64,000 bases of DNA from Camelus ferus (GCF_009834535.1 NC_045696.1:1426001-1490000); one strand, 5' to 3'. Shown: positions 12,506 to 26,128, counted from the stretch's first letter. Notes: generated by a model from the letters alone, not told the origin. A program made the numbers and translations.

Positions 12506-14749
12506 CAGTTCACAGCAGATTTTGACACTGTCTTAAAGGGTGCCCCTCAGGGCCTATTTGTCTAAGGTTTTCTAAAACCAGAATTGTATTACCAGAACGG
12601 GAAGTCTCTTCATCTGGGGAGGATCACCAGAAGGAGCCCTTTGCTCGCACAAATGCAAGATTGATACCCACTGAGTTTTTCCTGGAGAAAACTGTCAAGT
12701 CACTGTTAGCTTGACTGCGGGTGTTCTATGCCAGTGGGGCCTATGTGATGCTTTATATTTGGAGAACCACAAATTGGGAAGCTGGTAATCTCATGAGCTG
12801 CAGCCCCTGTAGAGGCAGGTGAGGTGGGTTCTGGGGCGTGAGAATCGGCCATGGAGCTGACGGGTCAATGAGCCCACATGGGGACACCTGGAGAGGGCAA
12901 GCCGGCAGGGACTGGGCCAACATGGGCAGTCCAGCCTGTTGGCCACAAGCCACCGTGACTTGACCGTACAGGTGTGTAACAGGGAAGAACAATCCTGACT
13001 CCACCTGAGATCTGCTCCTTTAGCGCTAACCCTGAGCTCTGTTTCCTGGGCTGGCTCTGCACCTTTTGTAAAAGAACGTGGCCTGGAGCCTGAACTATAC
13101 AGGAGAGCCCGTTCTCCAGGCTCTGACCTTAAGGGTAGGACACTTTTCCACTCGTATAGGGGTGGTTCTCCAGGACATGAGTCCCCCATCTGCTCGGTCT
13201 GCCGGCTCTCCGAATAGAGCTGCTGTTCCTGCCCCAGAACCTCGTCTCCCGATTGACTGGCCTGTAGTGCAGAGAGCAGGGCGAGTGTGGACGCAGTCAC
13301 AGGTGGGCAGTGCTGAGGCTGGATCTGAGCCTGTGCATCCACCTTCCCCTCAAAAAGCTCAGGAGGAGGGTGGGCACATGTTCCCAGAACCAGGGCCTGG
13401 GGTGTCCGCTGTGGCCACGCTGCACTCGGCCCTGAGCTGCGCCATCGGCTGCTCACACCGCTGCCGCGGGACTGGTGCTGGGTGAGCTGGCAGACAGAGG
13501 GTCCCCTGTTCTCCTGGCAGCAGTGAAGGGAGCCATTTAGGCTGTTTGGGGAGAGCAGATTTCTGGGAAAACATCTCAGCAAAGACCCGCTTGCTAGTGC
13601 AGAGTTTGCAAATATCACAGACTAATTGGAAACTATCCTCGTCTGGAAAAAGCTTCACACAACCAATCCACCAGCCAAGAAATTTTGGAGAAAGAAGGAA
13701 GCAAAGTCCAGGCCGTGTTCACCTAAAGAGCCTCAGATCCATGAGGGAGAATCCAGTTTCATTTCGGTACAGTTTTGAAAACACCGGTGCCTCTGAGCCA
13801 CGGTCCCCTGAGGCGAGAGCCACGCTGGCCATCTTCCCGGCTCCTGCACCACCCTGGAGTCCGACACAACGAGCTGGGTCCCACCGTGTAACCAACAGGC
13901 CCCAGGTCTCACAAGAGCTCCCCTTCACACGCCCCCAGTCTGCATGGATTGGCTGGGAGTCCATCTGGGACCAGAGCAGGACCCCAGCAGACACACGAGG
14001 GTCCTGCATGCCGCGCACAGAAGTGACACATATCTTCTCCCAGCCAGAGCAGGCTGATGGCTACGCCAGAGAAGACAGGATATGTAGCCCTACTATGCGC
14101 CTAGAAGGAGGAGCCCTGGGTGTCTGGCAGCCCTAATCTCTCCCTGCTGAGCCCTCCGGGACCCCTGCTGTCCTGGAGAGGGGCACGCACAGAAGGGGAT
14201 CAGGACCTGTCCACCGGGACCAGACAGAGCGGCAGAGGTGGGGCTGGGGGCTCCCGGGATGGAGCAGTGCAAGTCGAGAGGGCCAGATGGCTACCTGGAG
14301 AACCGTCCACAGAGCCAGGGAGCCACGGTGCACCCAGGAGAGGAGTGGGGTGTAGGGCTGGTTGGCACCTGGAAGGCAGAGGTGGGTCTCAGGATCGGGG
14401 GCCTCCTGCCCCACACCTGCGGACACTTCCCATGTGAAGGATGCTTCCGACCACTGAGCCCTAACTTGGCCGGGGCTGGGCTAACCCAGGAGGAGCCCGC
14501 AGCCCGGGCCAGCCCAGAACCGGAGCCCTGTCCCTAGGGCTCTGGCCCCCACCCCCGATCCGCCCTCCTGTATGAAGGTCCTCTTAAAGGGCCTTCTCTT
14601 GGAGTCATGTGTGGGCAGTGCCTGCAACCAGCGTGCGGCTAGCAGGTCCCTGCCATTCACGGGGTCTGCTGTCAGCAGGAAGTGTAACCAAGAACGAACC
14701 AAAAAAGGAGAGAAAGCCACCCGAAAGCCAAGGGGAAACTAACGTATCA

Positions 14750-15770
14750 AGACGCAGCTGCGACGCAGCCTGGCAGAAGCACAGCGCAGAACTCGCTGGA
14801 CCGTTGCTTCCTCTTGGCTGCGCTGTTCAGTCCCCCGACAAACCCCTCACGGACCCCTCTGAGCCCCAGGCCCAGCCACGCCCACCCCAGGCCCTGGTAA
14901 CCGGCGCAGGGGCGGCGGGGCGGAGAGAGGCGGCTCCGACTGTCAGGGGCTCCCCTCCGCCAGGCACTGTCTGGGCCTCACCCGCTGCCCGCACGGTGGG
15001 GGGTCCTGAGAGTGAGGTCACCATGGACCCGGGTGATGGGGCCGCCCTCTCTGCAGGCCCTTCTCTCTCCCACGGTCTCCAGCTCCAGCGCCAGATGGAG
15101 GCAAGCCCTCCCACCTCCTGCCAGCAAGGCGGTGGTGCCTCAGAGCGGCTTCCCGGGGGCGAGGTCAGGACTGAAGCGGGTCCGCCTCGCGTCCACTGCC
15201 ACGGCACGGCCAAGCCTTGAAGGCGGCACTGGCCGGCATCCCGGAGGCCCTCCCAGTCACTGGCCCGCAGGGACCCCACGGTTCCTCTGCTGATCGTCGC
15301 TGGGAAACCCCAGGATGCGAAGCCAGGAATCAGAAAGCCAGGCACCGTTAGGGTCAAAGAGCCGGGGTGGCTCTGCGGCATGGTGGGAGGAGTGGGGTGG
15401 CCGGCTGCCTGCACCGGCGCAAACCCGTCACCCTCCTCGATGGCGCTGGGGAAAGTGGCCAGGCTCCACGGCATCCTGACGCCTGCATTCCGACACCGCA
15501 GGAAACTGCTTGAAATCCGACAGTCCTGCACCTGCGACTTTCTAAAAGGAAAGAGCGTGGGGGGGTCTCGGCATCAAGGGCGCGTCGGTGGGCACCCTCA
15601 GTCCCTAAGAAACCCGCCCTGGAGAGAGTCCAGCCGGGGAAAGGAGGCGCCCCCAGGACGTCACGCCAGGCTGCCGGCCGCCGGCCTCCGCCTGGGCGGG
15701 GGCGGGGGCGGGGGCTGCCCCGAGGCCCCCATGCCTGCAGGAGGGAGGCCAGCGAGGCAGGAGGCTGAAC
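14750..15770. promoter_or_regulatory. Orphan CpG-rich island with tandem GC boxes
   Basis: CpG-dense by eye; gggcgggggcgggggcggggg at 15694-15714; CRE-like ggacgtca at ~15656; abrupt AT-rich border at ~15780. Confidence 0.5.
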
Positions 15771-15877
15771 TGACAAGGCCCTTCTCAGATTTTAAACAGT
15801 AAGAAGAAAGTGAGGCAGAGTTAAGATTTAGTCTAAAAAATCTCTACCCTACATTTTCTGTTGTTGGCTGTTCCAAA

Positions 15878-16110
15878 GCAGCATTCTCCAAATATGTTCA
15901 AAAGACACTGACCTCGTGAGACTTTCCATGAAAGTTAAACCACCTGTCAGTTTGAGAATCCTGCTTCCCCACCCCTCCGGAGGGTCAGAGTTCACATTAG
16001 CCCATCAAAGGCTCTGATAAGGCCTGCTGTAGGGCCTGTTTTCCACCTTGCCTTACTCTGCGTCTCCCAAACTCTTTTGGCCCAAGAACCCCCTTTCACA
16101 GAATAGGAGA
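15878..16110. mobile_element. hAT-Charlie-type MITE relic (MER103/MER112-like)
   Basis: cagcattctccaaa...ttcacattagcccatcaaaggctctgataaggcctgctgta...tcccaaactcttttggcccaagaaccccct resembles the recalled consensus. Confidence 0.55.
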
Positions 16111-16775
16111 TACTGACCCAGAACCCCTGAAGCTGACCTGGGGCACAGTTGTTGAGGTGATTAGCACGGAGGGTGAGTCAGACCCGATCTGGCCGCCCGA
16201 TGAAGACGTCCTTCTGAACACAAGGGCTTTGAAACGCTCCCTCACCTGTGGGCCGGGCCGTGGAGATGCCCCTCGGCTCCTCCCAGCTCCTGGCTAGATG
16301 GCACCCTTTCTCCCAGCAGAGGAGCTGTGAACGCCGAGCCCAGAAACACAGAAACAGGAGAGACAGTCAGAGGTGGGGGTTCACCCACACAGCGTGAAGC
16401 GTGGCTGCAGGAGGATGCGGGAGTGCAGGGCCGGCGGTGGGCTGCGGGCAGAGTACAGACGCCCTGGTCCTGCCCCATGCCTCTGCCACAGTGGTGACAA
16501 CAGGACAGGCCAGCCTCCACTGGGCTCCATGTGTGTGACCCTCCCTTGGCTGGGCGGGCTCACAGACAGAGGACATGGTCCCCTTACAGACAGGAGGGCT
16601 GGGGGGACCGACAGGGATGGGGCCCAGCAGAGCGGCCTGGGGACCCCAGGGGACCAGGCCTAAGACAGACCCCACAGTCGAGACCCCCTACAGCCCAGCC
16701 CCTCCTCAGATGAGACGCTTGGATCTGCACGGGTGTGACCCCCAGAGTTCCCAAACCCAAGGCTGCTAACCTCCC

Positions 16776-17165
16776 TGTTATGGGCTGAGTTTTGCCCCCA
16801 AAATTCTATGTTGAGGTCCTGATCTCTGGGACCTCAGGATGGGACAGTATTTGGAAATAGGGTCTTAAAAAGGGTAATTAGGTTAAAATGAGGTCACTAA
16901 AGTGGCACCGGCTCTAACAGGGACAGGTGTCCTTGTAAGAAGAAGGGATCAGGACACAGACGTGCACAGAGGGACGACCACGTGGGGACACAGGAGGACA
17001 CAGCGTCCACACGCCCCGGAGAGAGGCCGTGGGAGGGACCAGCCCTGCCACACCCGGACCTCGGGCTTCAGCCTCCAGGCCTTGAGAGAATAACTTATGT
17101 GGGTTAAGCTGCCTGAGCTAATACGTCCGGCTGAGACAGCCGTGACCCCGAACTGGCCAAAGACA
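16776..17165 (+). mobile_element. MaLR LTR (MLT1A-like)
   Basis: Starts tgttatgggctgagttttgcccccaaaattctatgttgaggtcct; internal gtatttggaaatagggtc...taaaatgaggtcact; ends aactggccaaagaca. Confidence 0.85.
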
Positions 17166-20100
17166 GATAGAGAAGAGCCAAAGGACCCGATTCTCATTGT
17201 AACAAACACGGAGGGCCCCCCGAGTGGCAGTTTCTTGGACCATTTGGCCATGCGGGGGTTTTGCAGGGAGAGGTGGGCGCGGCCGCAGACCCCACCTGGC
17301 CGGCACCGGCTGCCCCTCTGGCCGCGCGTCCTAGCTGCTCCCTTGTTCTGTCTCCGGAGAGCGCGTCGCACCGGCCGCTCCCACGACAAAGCAAGCACCT
17401 TCTCCAAGAAGCGCCTGACTTGCCGTGAAGCAGCTCACGAGCTGCTCGGCCCCTTGCAGAGGCACCCCTACCCCATGGAAGGAGAGGAGGGGCCTGGCCA
17501 GCCCCTCCCCCTGGCGTCATCGACGGCACGGAGACGCGAGACCCTCGGGAACATGTAGACTGTGAGCGGTGGGCAGTGGGGGGCCTCCCGGATCAGGGAA
17601 CCTGAGGCCAGAGAAGGGGCATCCCTAAGTACTCCTTTGGGCTGAGCTCACCCCTCAACCCCCCGTCTGCCCCTGCAGCTCCCGCCCCCGGGGAGCCGAG
17701 CAGTGCGCAGTCAGGGCTGGGCCAGGGACAGCAGCAGGGCTGGCGCCCCCACACCCAGGAGCCCCAGGGGGCTGGGACAAGGTCAGGCCCGGCCCTGGGT
17801 CACGAATTCCAGCTCCACCACCAGCCTGCTGCCCTGCGCAGGGACAGCTCCATGGAGAGCAGGCAGCTGAAGGCCTGCTGGGGGGAGGCCAGGCTGTCCC
17901 TTACTGTCCCCCACTGACCAAAGAGATCCTTTCCGAGGCGCTGGCTCATGCCGTGGGAGAGGACCGGGGGAGGGCGAGGTGTCAGCCCAGCCAGGTTTCT
18001 GGAGTGCGCGCGGCCTTGGCATCTGGACAGCAGGACCACTGACCTCCGAGCGGCCGTATGGGAGCCGCCCAGGGGATTAGCCTCCGTCCAAGGTAGGGAC
18101 ACAGGTGGCCCCACAGCTGCACTGGCCCAGCCTCTGCCCGTTGGGTGGACATGGACGCTGCCGGGCAGCTGACCCTTGGGCACACGTGAGGCCAAGATGG
18201 GTCCAGGTTTTGCGTCTGGGCAGCCCCACTGCCGGCACAGGAATGAGGGAGGGTGGCACCCTGGGAGGGCCCTGTCCGCAGAGCCCCCAGGGAAGCAGGT
18301 CTGCAGGAGCCGGCCTCACAGAATCCAGCAGAGCAGACCAGAGTTCCTTTCAAGAAGATGCACTGACACCTGAGCCAGCTGAGGATGCACAGGGTTCTGG
18401 CCGCGGCTTCCAGAACCTTCTATTCTGGAAATGTCCAGATGTGCACAGACGCACGTGGGGTGCCAGGCAAACTCCAGCCCACATGGCATGCAGGGAAGGA
18501 AGGGGTGACCCCAGATAGTCGGGGGGGGGGCCAAATCACGGGCCCCAGGAGATGGGGAAGGGGTAGACGGCAGCAGGGGCACTGCTCGGAGTCCAGACAC
18601 TGGGTTACACCCTGCCCGGGACTCAGCTGGATGGTCGGGGTGCGCGGGGCCTGGTGGCCCGTGAAGCAGACGCATCCCCGTCTGTGGGGCTACAGAGAGC
18701 AGAGCCCAGACCCGCACCCCGAGCCGGGTGTCTCTTTCTCATGCGCTGTGGACGCTGGGCCTCTTCAGCTGCCACCTGCCCAGTGGAGAGGCCGGGCTCC
18801 TGCTGCCCACCCGGAGCCGGGGCTTCCGCTGCTTGGCCACCCTTCCCTCCAGTTTTTAGGGCTGGCCTCAGTCCCTCTGCAGACCCCGGGGTGGCCGTGG
18901 GTCGGGGACACGGGGATGCAGCATGTTGGGAGGGGGTGCCCGAGGCTGGCAGAGGCCGGCAGACCCACTGCTGCGATTCCCTGGTGTCCCCAGCCCGGGG
19001 TAGGGAGTGAGGGGTGCCGGGGAGTCCAGAGGGCCCTCCCCACGGCCTCCCTGAGGACACTGCCGAGCCAGGGCCGGCGGGACCAGGCCTGTTGTCAAAC
19101 TGCCCCATTACCTGCCCATCAGGCCCGCTCATGGCCCCTTCCTCCCGGCCCGGCTGCGAATGGCGCGTGCTCAGGGAGCAGATGGTTCTGGGTGCGTGAG
19201 GAGGCTGCCCCAGCTTCAGCTTGGAGGCGGGGCGGGCAGACCCAGCAGCGCCTGGTCCTCAGCTGCCCAGGAAGCTGACAGTGCAGACTGAAAATAAAAG
19301 GTGTTTCTCCTGGAGGCGTCAGCGCCGAGCTTGTGATGACTCCCCCGCAGCGGTGAGCTCTCTCCCAGGTCACAGAGGGCGCCCCGGGGAAAGGGCCCAA
19401 CCCGGCCTGTCTCTGACCCAGCCCAGCTGCTCCAGGTCTCACCCCGAACCCACTGGGTCCACAGTCCAGCCCCCCCCCCACCCCCCGGCGAGGTCCTTTC
19501 TCTCCCTGCACCCCAACTGCACGTGAGACTCACCCGGGAAGAGGGGTTCAGATCTGGATTTCTGTCCCGTCGAAGCCCCAGGGAATCTGGATCAGGGTTG
19601 GGGTGGCTGTGCACAGCTGGGCGCCGTGGCCTCGGACAGACCCCTCCTTCCCGCGTGAGTGCGGGACTCCGCCAAGAATGCCCCAGGGCCACGGCCTCAG
19701 CAGGCGGCCCAGGCTGAGTGGGGTCGGCTTGTCAGGCCAGCAGCTCACGAACAAAACGGGAGATCAGATTCCAAGAGGCAGAGAGCCCGGGCAGCCACAG
19801 GCCTCCTCTTAGCACCCCGGCAGGGCTGAGTCTCCCAAGGGAAACTCTGGTTTTCTAAGTAATGTCCTAAGTGAGTCCTGACAGGGCTCAGGCCAAGACC
19901 CGCCTGCTGCCTGCAGGATATTGTCCCCCTCTGGGAGGCCACCAGCCTTCTTGGGGAGGTGGGGTCCAGGGAGGAGGCCACAGACCCACCTCTGAGGGTG
20001 AGGCCCCCTCACCTGGCATCAGGACCTGGGCTGGGAGGGTTGATGGAGGCAGGGGCCTCTAAAGAGCCAGACTGGGGAGCACCTGCCCAGAGGCAGTGGC

Positions 20101-20659
20101 CACGGCCTCTGGGCAGGTGGACCTCTGCCTACACCAGAGCTGTGGGCCCTCGGTGCCCAGGCCGCGGCCCTGAGTCTGCAGGCTTCCGTGCGCAGAGCCT
20201 TTGCACGTGCAGAGCTCCCTCCTTCGTGCCAGCTGGCAAGGCCAGGCCCGGTCACCCCAGTGGCCTCTAACTGTCTTGGGTGTGGCCATCAGCAGCTTCT
20301 TGTTTTCCTTCCTCTCCTGGGAGACAGGCTGTTCCCGCTGCTTCCAGAAAGTATGTTTGTTATTTGGCTCCTGGAAACACCATCTGATTAAACAGGCTCT
20401 GTCCGGACCTGCCAGTCAGAGGCTGCAGGCACCCGTGGCCCTCCACGAGGCAGGAAGGAGGGGCCGGTGCGGCCCTGTCCTCCAGGCTGGGACCAGGCTC
20501 TAAACAGGGAGATGAAAGAACTTGGGGAATCCTCTCTCAGAGCAAAGAACAGCTTCCCCACATCAACTTGCTGCAGAATCTTCCTCTGCGGGTCACCACC
20601 CCTCAAGCAGATGGGGGCCTTGGGCCCAGGAGTTCAAGTTCAAGAACATGAGAGCCCCC

Positions 20660-20792
20660 TGTGCATGTGTGCACACATGAACACACATACAAGGGGCACA
20701 CGTGTGGGCACCCAATGCACATGTGAACACACTTGCGTGCATATCTGGGTAATATTAATTCACACACACGTGCGCACACAGGCACACATGTG
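20660..20792. repeat. Degenerate (CA/TG)n purine-pyrimidine tract
   Basis: gtgcatgtgtgcacacatgaacacacatac...cacacacacgtgcgcacacaggcacacatgtg. Confidence 0.7.
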
Positions 20793-21407
20793 GGCCCCAG
20801 TCTCAGTGCTGGGGTGCAGTTACAGCTCTGTCGGCTGCACAGCTAATGAACGGTTCAACAGAAACGTAAGCCATTAATAAAGGCCCATAAACAAGAGCCA
20901 CATGGGAATTCTGTTCACGACGTGCAGGAACGCAGAGCACACGGATCAGCACCCTCACCGTCACCGGACAGCTGCCCCCGAGCCACCCTTCTTCCTCTCC
21001 CCCGATGCCCAGGCCCCAACCCAACAACCTGCAGCCCTGGACGCAGGCTAAGACAGGGCCACTGTGCTCGAACAGACAGGGACCTTTCGGGAGGGACCCA
21101 GGTCTCCCCTGGGCCAGTCCCATCTGGCTGGCCAAGACTCTGCGCCCAAGGCTGGGAAACTGTGTCCCAGACCCAGGGTCCTCAGGAGGCGTCACTGCGG
21201 GCAGAGCCAGTGCTCGGGCCTCACTGACAAAGCGCCTTCTCAGCCTCGTCACAGGACACCACCAGCAGGGGCTGCACATTTCACCCACTGCCCCTGGGGT
21301 CCTGTCACCGGCGAGGCGTTCCATGGAGGCTGACAAGCGGGTTTTATAACCTGAGCGGTGGCTGCCGGGGTGGGTTCTTGACACACTCACTGGGGGTGGG
21401 AGAAGTA

Positions 21408-21470
21408 TGGGGGATGGGACAGGTGTGGGGGTGGGACAGGTGTGGGGATGGGACAGGTGTGGGGGATGGG
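21408..21470 (+). repeat. G-rich minisatellite, ~18-bp unit, ~3.5 copies
   Basis: Unit tgggg(g/a)tgggacaggtg repeated in tandem. Confidence 0.85.
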
Positions 21471-24400
21471 AGGGCAGAAGGCAAGAGGTTTGCAGAACCT
21501 GCAAGGCAGGGCTGGGATCCAGGAAAATTTCCTTGGGTCCCAGGAAACAATGGAAAGGGCAGCTGGGGCGGGGGAGGGTGAGGAGTGAGGCCGGATAAAG
21601 TCCCAGGGGACATCGGCGAGGACAGGGGGCCTAGGGCTGCGTGTAAGGATGGCGCCCTGAACAGGGTGGGCCCCAGTGGGCTGGGGAGAGAAGGATGGGG
21701 AGGCGCCTAGCCAAGGGCGAGGGGGCCTGGGCCTGACAGGGACACACTGGACGTGGCCTGGCAGGGCTGGGCTGCTTGGAACCTGGCCTGCAGGGGCAGT
21801 GGGCTCTGGGAGCTGTGAGTCGGCCTCCGCTGCAAGGGGCCAAGGTTCGGTCACGGCGGGACGGGGCTGGCTGTGGCCTGCTGGGCCCCGTGTATTAGGT
21901 ACCTGCCGCTGTGTCACGAATTGCCCCCAAACACAGCTCTACACAGCCCGCAGGCCGCAACTCCTGCAGCTTCCCGCTGCACCTCGGGCTGCCCCGCCTG
22001 CAGGGCTGGGGCTGGAGGGTCCGTTACCAGGATGGGTGCTGGCTGTAGCCCCCGCCCTCACCGTGCACCTCAAAGGAGCCACGCGGCCTTTCAGAACCGG
22101 CGTGGACAAGGCTGCCGTGGGCTGTCAGGGCCACCGTGCCATGTGTGGGGTGAGGGGCAAGGGGCACACCAGCAGGGGGGCAGCAGGGCCATCTGGGAGG
22201 CCGGCTCTGTGAGCTGACGGCCCGGGGCTCAGGCCCCCTTGGTGGATGAGGGGGCCGGCCTCAGCGTCCTCACCCGTAGCTCCCGGCCAGAGAGGCGCCC
22301 CCGTCGTGGGGTTGGCCGGAGTCCGAGATGACATGGGGACACCACCAGCCCCGAGCCCGGCCCCAGAAGGTGGAGAAGGCCCTTCGGTCACTCTTACCAA
22401 CACCAGCAGCCGTGGGCAGAGGTGGGCTGGGGAGAACGGCCCCCCGACAGTATGTTGCTCCTTTCAGCCGGGTGAGCAGGGGCCGCAGCGGCCTCTGGAA
22501 CTGGGGGCCCACGAGGGCTTGTGCTCCTGAGTGACAGCAGAGACCCCCCCCGAGGCCTCGGCCTGTGGCCACCACCTGGCTGAGATCACACTCACATTTT
22601 TCAAGATGCGCAAACAAAACCACAGTGTTATTACAAGGCTAAGTCCTGCTTTACAGCTGCCTTTGATATATGGTCGTCTTGTTTTAGTCTCATCCAAACA
22701 ACTTTCGCTCCGCTCTGAGCAGCTGCGAGGCCTCCCGCTCGCGGCCCGGGAGCCGGACGGAAGCAGGGGCGGCAGCACTCGGAGGTCGCTGGCCCTCCCA
22801 GTGCTGCCGGGAAGGAGCCACACGTGGGCATGTGGGGCCCCCAGCCAGGGGTCACTCCAGAGGCCCAGAGAGACCCCTGCTTTCTCCTGGCGGGAGGGGG
22901 CTCAGTCTGGTTCTTGGGGTTGGGTGGGAGGAGAAAAGGCGCCTGGTTTCCTTCGACGTTGGAGGTCCCGTGTTCTGGAGGCTGCTGTGTGACATCTGTG
23001 GTTGGCGCTCCTGGTCAGGACAGGGAAGGGGAGCTCCGGGACTCACCCTGGCGTGGCTGGAGCGGGTCCTCTTGGCACCAGCCCTGGACGAGGTGCACAC
23101 AGTGTTTCCTGGCCCTCGGGCCCCACCGTGGGCCCGTCCAGACGCTCGGACTTCGGGGCCTCTGGCCCTCTTCCCAGATCGCTGGGAGGAAAGGACTGAC
23201 CCCTTCAGGGCTGCCGTGAGCCCTGCCCTGTCCCGGGAGCCCAGCTCCCCATGTGCAGTCTGAGTCCTTCTCCTTGGTGGAAAGGGCAGGGGAGACGAGA
23301 CACGGCGCCGGCTGCCCGCCCTCCCCAGCGCCTCGGAGAGCAGGGCAGGGGCGCCCGGCCGGGCAGGGGTCCGGGGGCCGGGGCAGGGGCTAGCACGCTC
23401 CTGACGTGGCTCACACCGACAGACAGACGCCACACAACCAGGAGTGACACTTGCAGCGCCGACTCGGTCCCCGTGCGGAGGGCCGGCTGTGAGGACGAGG
23501 ACAGGCCGGGCGGAGCCCCGTCAGCTGGACCCGTGGCCGCTCCTGGCAGATCGGGGACCGGCCGCCTCCCTGATGGCGCCCTGGTGAGACATCCAGGGGG
23601 CGGACTCCGCCCCAAGCAGCCCCCAGGGGCGTCCGCGCTCCCGAACTCATGACTCTACAGCCTTTCTATTTGCCAAATCAGCCACTGCTTTTTATCTCTC
23701 CACGTGTCCCCACAGCTTCCTGGGGCTCCAGGCCGTGCCGCAGTCCTCTCCTCCACGGTCTGGAGCGGAATGCTTCGTCCAAGCACTTCCTATTCTCTTG
23801 TGTATAAAGACAACCTCACGATGCTCAGGTCTCCTCCACTGCCTTCGAGAAGCTTCCTTGGGCAGCGTCTTCCGTGCTGCTTTTCCAGACCACCTGTCAG
23901 GCCGTGTTGCTTCCTCCGTGACTCAGCTCGCTGTGAGAGCAGCTGTTTCTTTGGCAAGCTGCGCCACACACCTCAGTGCGACTGAGCGGTCACTTTCGGC
24001 CCCGTTGCGTGTGTCGGAGAGCTCGTCTGCATCCGGCGGTGCATCAGTGTCTCTCCGGGCACCTCGGGCACAGGGCGCCCTGCGCACGGGCCCCTGCAGG
24101 CAGGCGTGTCCCGCTGGGGCCGCCTCCCCGGGGAACAGAGGCGCCGCTGGGGCCACGCAGGGAGGCCCTTCTTCCACTGCTGTTCCCTGGGAGCACGTCT
24201 GACTTGCTGTTTCTTGCAGAAAATTCTTATTTCTCAGTATTTCTGGCCCGACTTGCTGATGGCGCCCACTCCTGACCTCAGCACAGAGTGGCTTCCTTTT
24301 CTCCTCCGCGGGCTCCTCGATGGGAAAGGGAGGAGGTGCATCGGTCACAACGGGCCAGGTTCTGCTGCCATGACGAACATTCCCAACAGTGGGTGGCTTC

Positions 24401-26128
24401 CTGGCCACAGCTGAGCTTCCCCCCAGACAGGTCCGCGTGCGCTAGCCGGGCTCTGCTCCGTGCCGTCCCCACCACACCCTGGCCGAGGGACAGGCCACCG
24501 TCTGCAGCACTGCTGCTCACCGCGCAGCGCAGGGCATCTCACCTGGACTCTGGAAGCTGCCCTGGGGGAGCGGGGGGGTGCAGGCCCACCACCAGCCGGG
24601 GGAGGACCGGCTCTGGGCACAGCCTGGGGACAGACCACAGTGGGGGCCCAGCACAGAGACAGGGAGACTGTACAGGACGGCACCCGGTCACTAGGACCTG
24701 CTTCTACGTGTCCCCCATAGTGCTGGGTGGGGGCAGACTGACGTGTCCGGTCTGTCCCGGGAGGAGGGTGGCTGGGCCGGCTTCACGCTGAGCCTGGAGA
24801 CGTTCCTTACGAGGCGGTTTTGTCCCAGGATGACGAGGGGGGAGCAGCTCCGGGCCAGGCATGCGGGGGGGGGGGCTGTCTGGTCAGAGAACCTGGGAGA
24901 CCAACCCAGAGAGCAGGTGGTGGTCCCAGCGCATCCATCGGCTCCTACTGGGGTGCCAGGACCAGGACATCAACTGGACAACAGGACACCCGAGGGGTGG
25001 CCAGGGCGGGGTCCCTCCAGGCCTGGCTCAGGGTTGGGGGGCTGGAAGGGACAGCTAGTCGGGCCTGAGGACCAGGACGAAGCCCTGCAGCAGAAGGGGC
25101 CTGACCTCCTCCATCCGGGGGGAGCGAGAGCAGGGTGGGGTCCAGCCTCGGGGTCGGGGGGGACAGTGAAGGTAGAGATGCCCCCCCCATCGGGCCCAGG
25201 CTCGCGGGCGTGGCGGGAACCTTCCCAGGGACCCGTGGGAAAAGCCTCGGGCTTGAAAGGTGGCCGCTCACCTCTCCGCTCCGGGAGGGGCCGGAAGGGC
25301 TGTGGGCGGCTCCCGCCCGAGCAGAGGCGAGCGCAGAGGCGCCAGGTGGTGAGCCAGGAACGCAGAGCCCTGCTCGGCTTGTGGAAAACTGATCGCACCA
25401 CCTGCCCACCCCCGCCCCCCAAGCAGTAAAAGTGATAATGAAGCACGTGACCGCGAACAGGCGCCAAGAAGGGGTTCAAGAGACACGCGCCCGGGAGTTA
25501 GGAGATGGGTTCCCTCCTGTTCTGATAGGACACGCTGGAGGGCAATCGCCTACCTCGTACCTGCAGAGTCCCTCCTGAAAGCACACACGGTCACACCATC
25601 ACCCCACGGCCGACATGTCCCCAAGGGTGGGGGGTCGGCACCCCTGGAGCCCCCACCCGCACCCCGTCTGAGCCGGTGGTCTCTGAGTGCAGGAGCCCGG
25701 GGAGGTGGCCGTCAGCCTGGCCCCACTGGAGCCGCTCTTCCTCCTTCATTTAATCCCAGTCACTCCTGTCTGGGGTTCAGGCTGCAAGGCCCCAGCGCAC
25801 CAGGGGCCCCCAGGCACAGGGAGGGTGGGGACCTGGCGCTGGACACAGTGTCACTTACTCAAGTCCCACATTTACCTGTGGGATTATCTTTTCCCATCTG
25901 CACAGACCGAGGACCCAAGCCGGCCCCCAGCCTGGGCGTGGGCTGTGGGGTAGACCTGGTCCCCCTGGGCTCCCAGCCCATAGCCCCAGCCGTCCCTGCC
26001 CAGCGTGCAGGGCGGCCCCAGTCTCTGGGGACAAACGCTAACAATCCTCTACAAATATGACTCAGACGCTTGCTTTTAGACACATCCTCCAGCAGAATAA
26101 AACCCACCAGTCCTAGCTGTCCAGCACA

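Noticed and set aside
23923..24408. 161-aa minus-strand ORF as a processed pseudogene or ERV-L internal protein
   Set aside because: No recognisable homology, poly(A) tail or TSD; kept only as an unexplained segment
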